Assembly: GCA_008632985.1 (NCBI GenBank)
Contig: QPGO01000057.1
Span: 124,001-188,000 of the forward strand
Direction of reading: 5' to 3'
From: Psammoneis japonica
Lineage: Eukaryota
Length of the DNA: 64,000 nt
Below, piece by piece: positions 63,794 through 64,000 of this stretch. A program made the position numbers and the translations under genes. Numbering within the stretch: the stretch's first letter is position 1; every line of letters starts with the position of its first letter. Below the pieces are notes generated by a model that was given only the letters and a program-made list of their open reading frames with translations, was not told the DNA's origin and did no database searches.

Positions 63794-63961
63794 TTCTTCT
63801 TCCAGTCGGACCTCGTGTCGAACGTCGGCTCCTTCACGTAGCCTACACTGACGATGCTACGGATTAGATCCACGACTTCACTTTCATCAATTGCGGCTCT
63901 TGGTGAACTAGTTTTCAATATTTTTTTAGATCATCGAAATAGTATGTGGGATTTTTTTTGC

Positions 63962-63985
63962 TGTGTGTGTGTGTGTGTGTGTGTG
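63962..63985. repeat. (TG)n microsatellite
   Basis: About 12 TG units. Confidence 0.95.
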
Positions 63986-64000
63986 TTTTTCTCCGGTAAA

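Overview
Eukaryotic nuclear DNA, most likely a pennate diatom. This rests on short GT-AG introns, AFAP-type plastid targeting signals and a CoDi-like Copia element. About half the window holds ordinary genes: ABCF, two GT11-like paralogues, UXS, a GT47 exostosin, MSH4, a class-V aminotransferase, an MFS transporter, STRAP, a CPP1-like protein, an alpha/beta hydrolase and a radical-SAM-like protein. The other half is five sharply bounded domains (about 4.7-6.0, 7.9-10.55, 12.2-15.55, 32.2-40.8 and 45.6-60.5 kb). In these, TpA is almost eliminated, CpG is reduced and TpG/CpA is very abundant. The domains contain dead transposons (Copia LTR, LINE, Crypton-like, probable MULE) and dead host-type genes (GSK3, subtilisin, methyltransferase, partial ABCF copy). 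Internal comparisons show the changes are TA->TG/CA plus CG->TG/CA. These comparisons are the two LTRs, a 42-bp array, the ABCF duplicate and conserved Tyr codons turned into Cys/His. This points to a domain-targeted A-to-G hypermutation at TpA, opposite in direction to fungal RIP. I know of no description of it, but could not search the literature. A sequencing artefact from modified bases must be excluded. All counts were made by eye.
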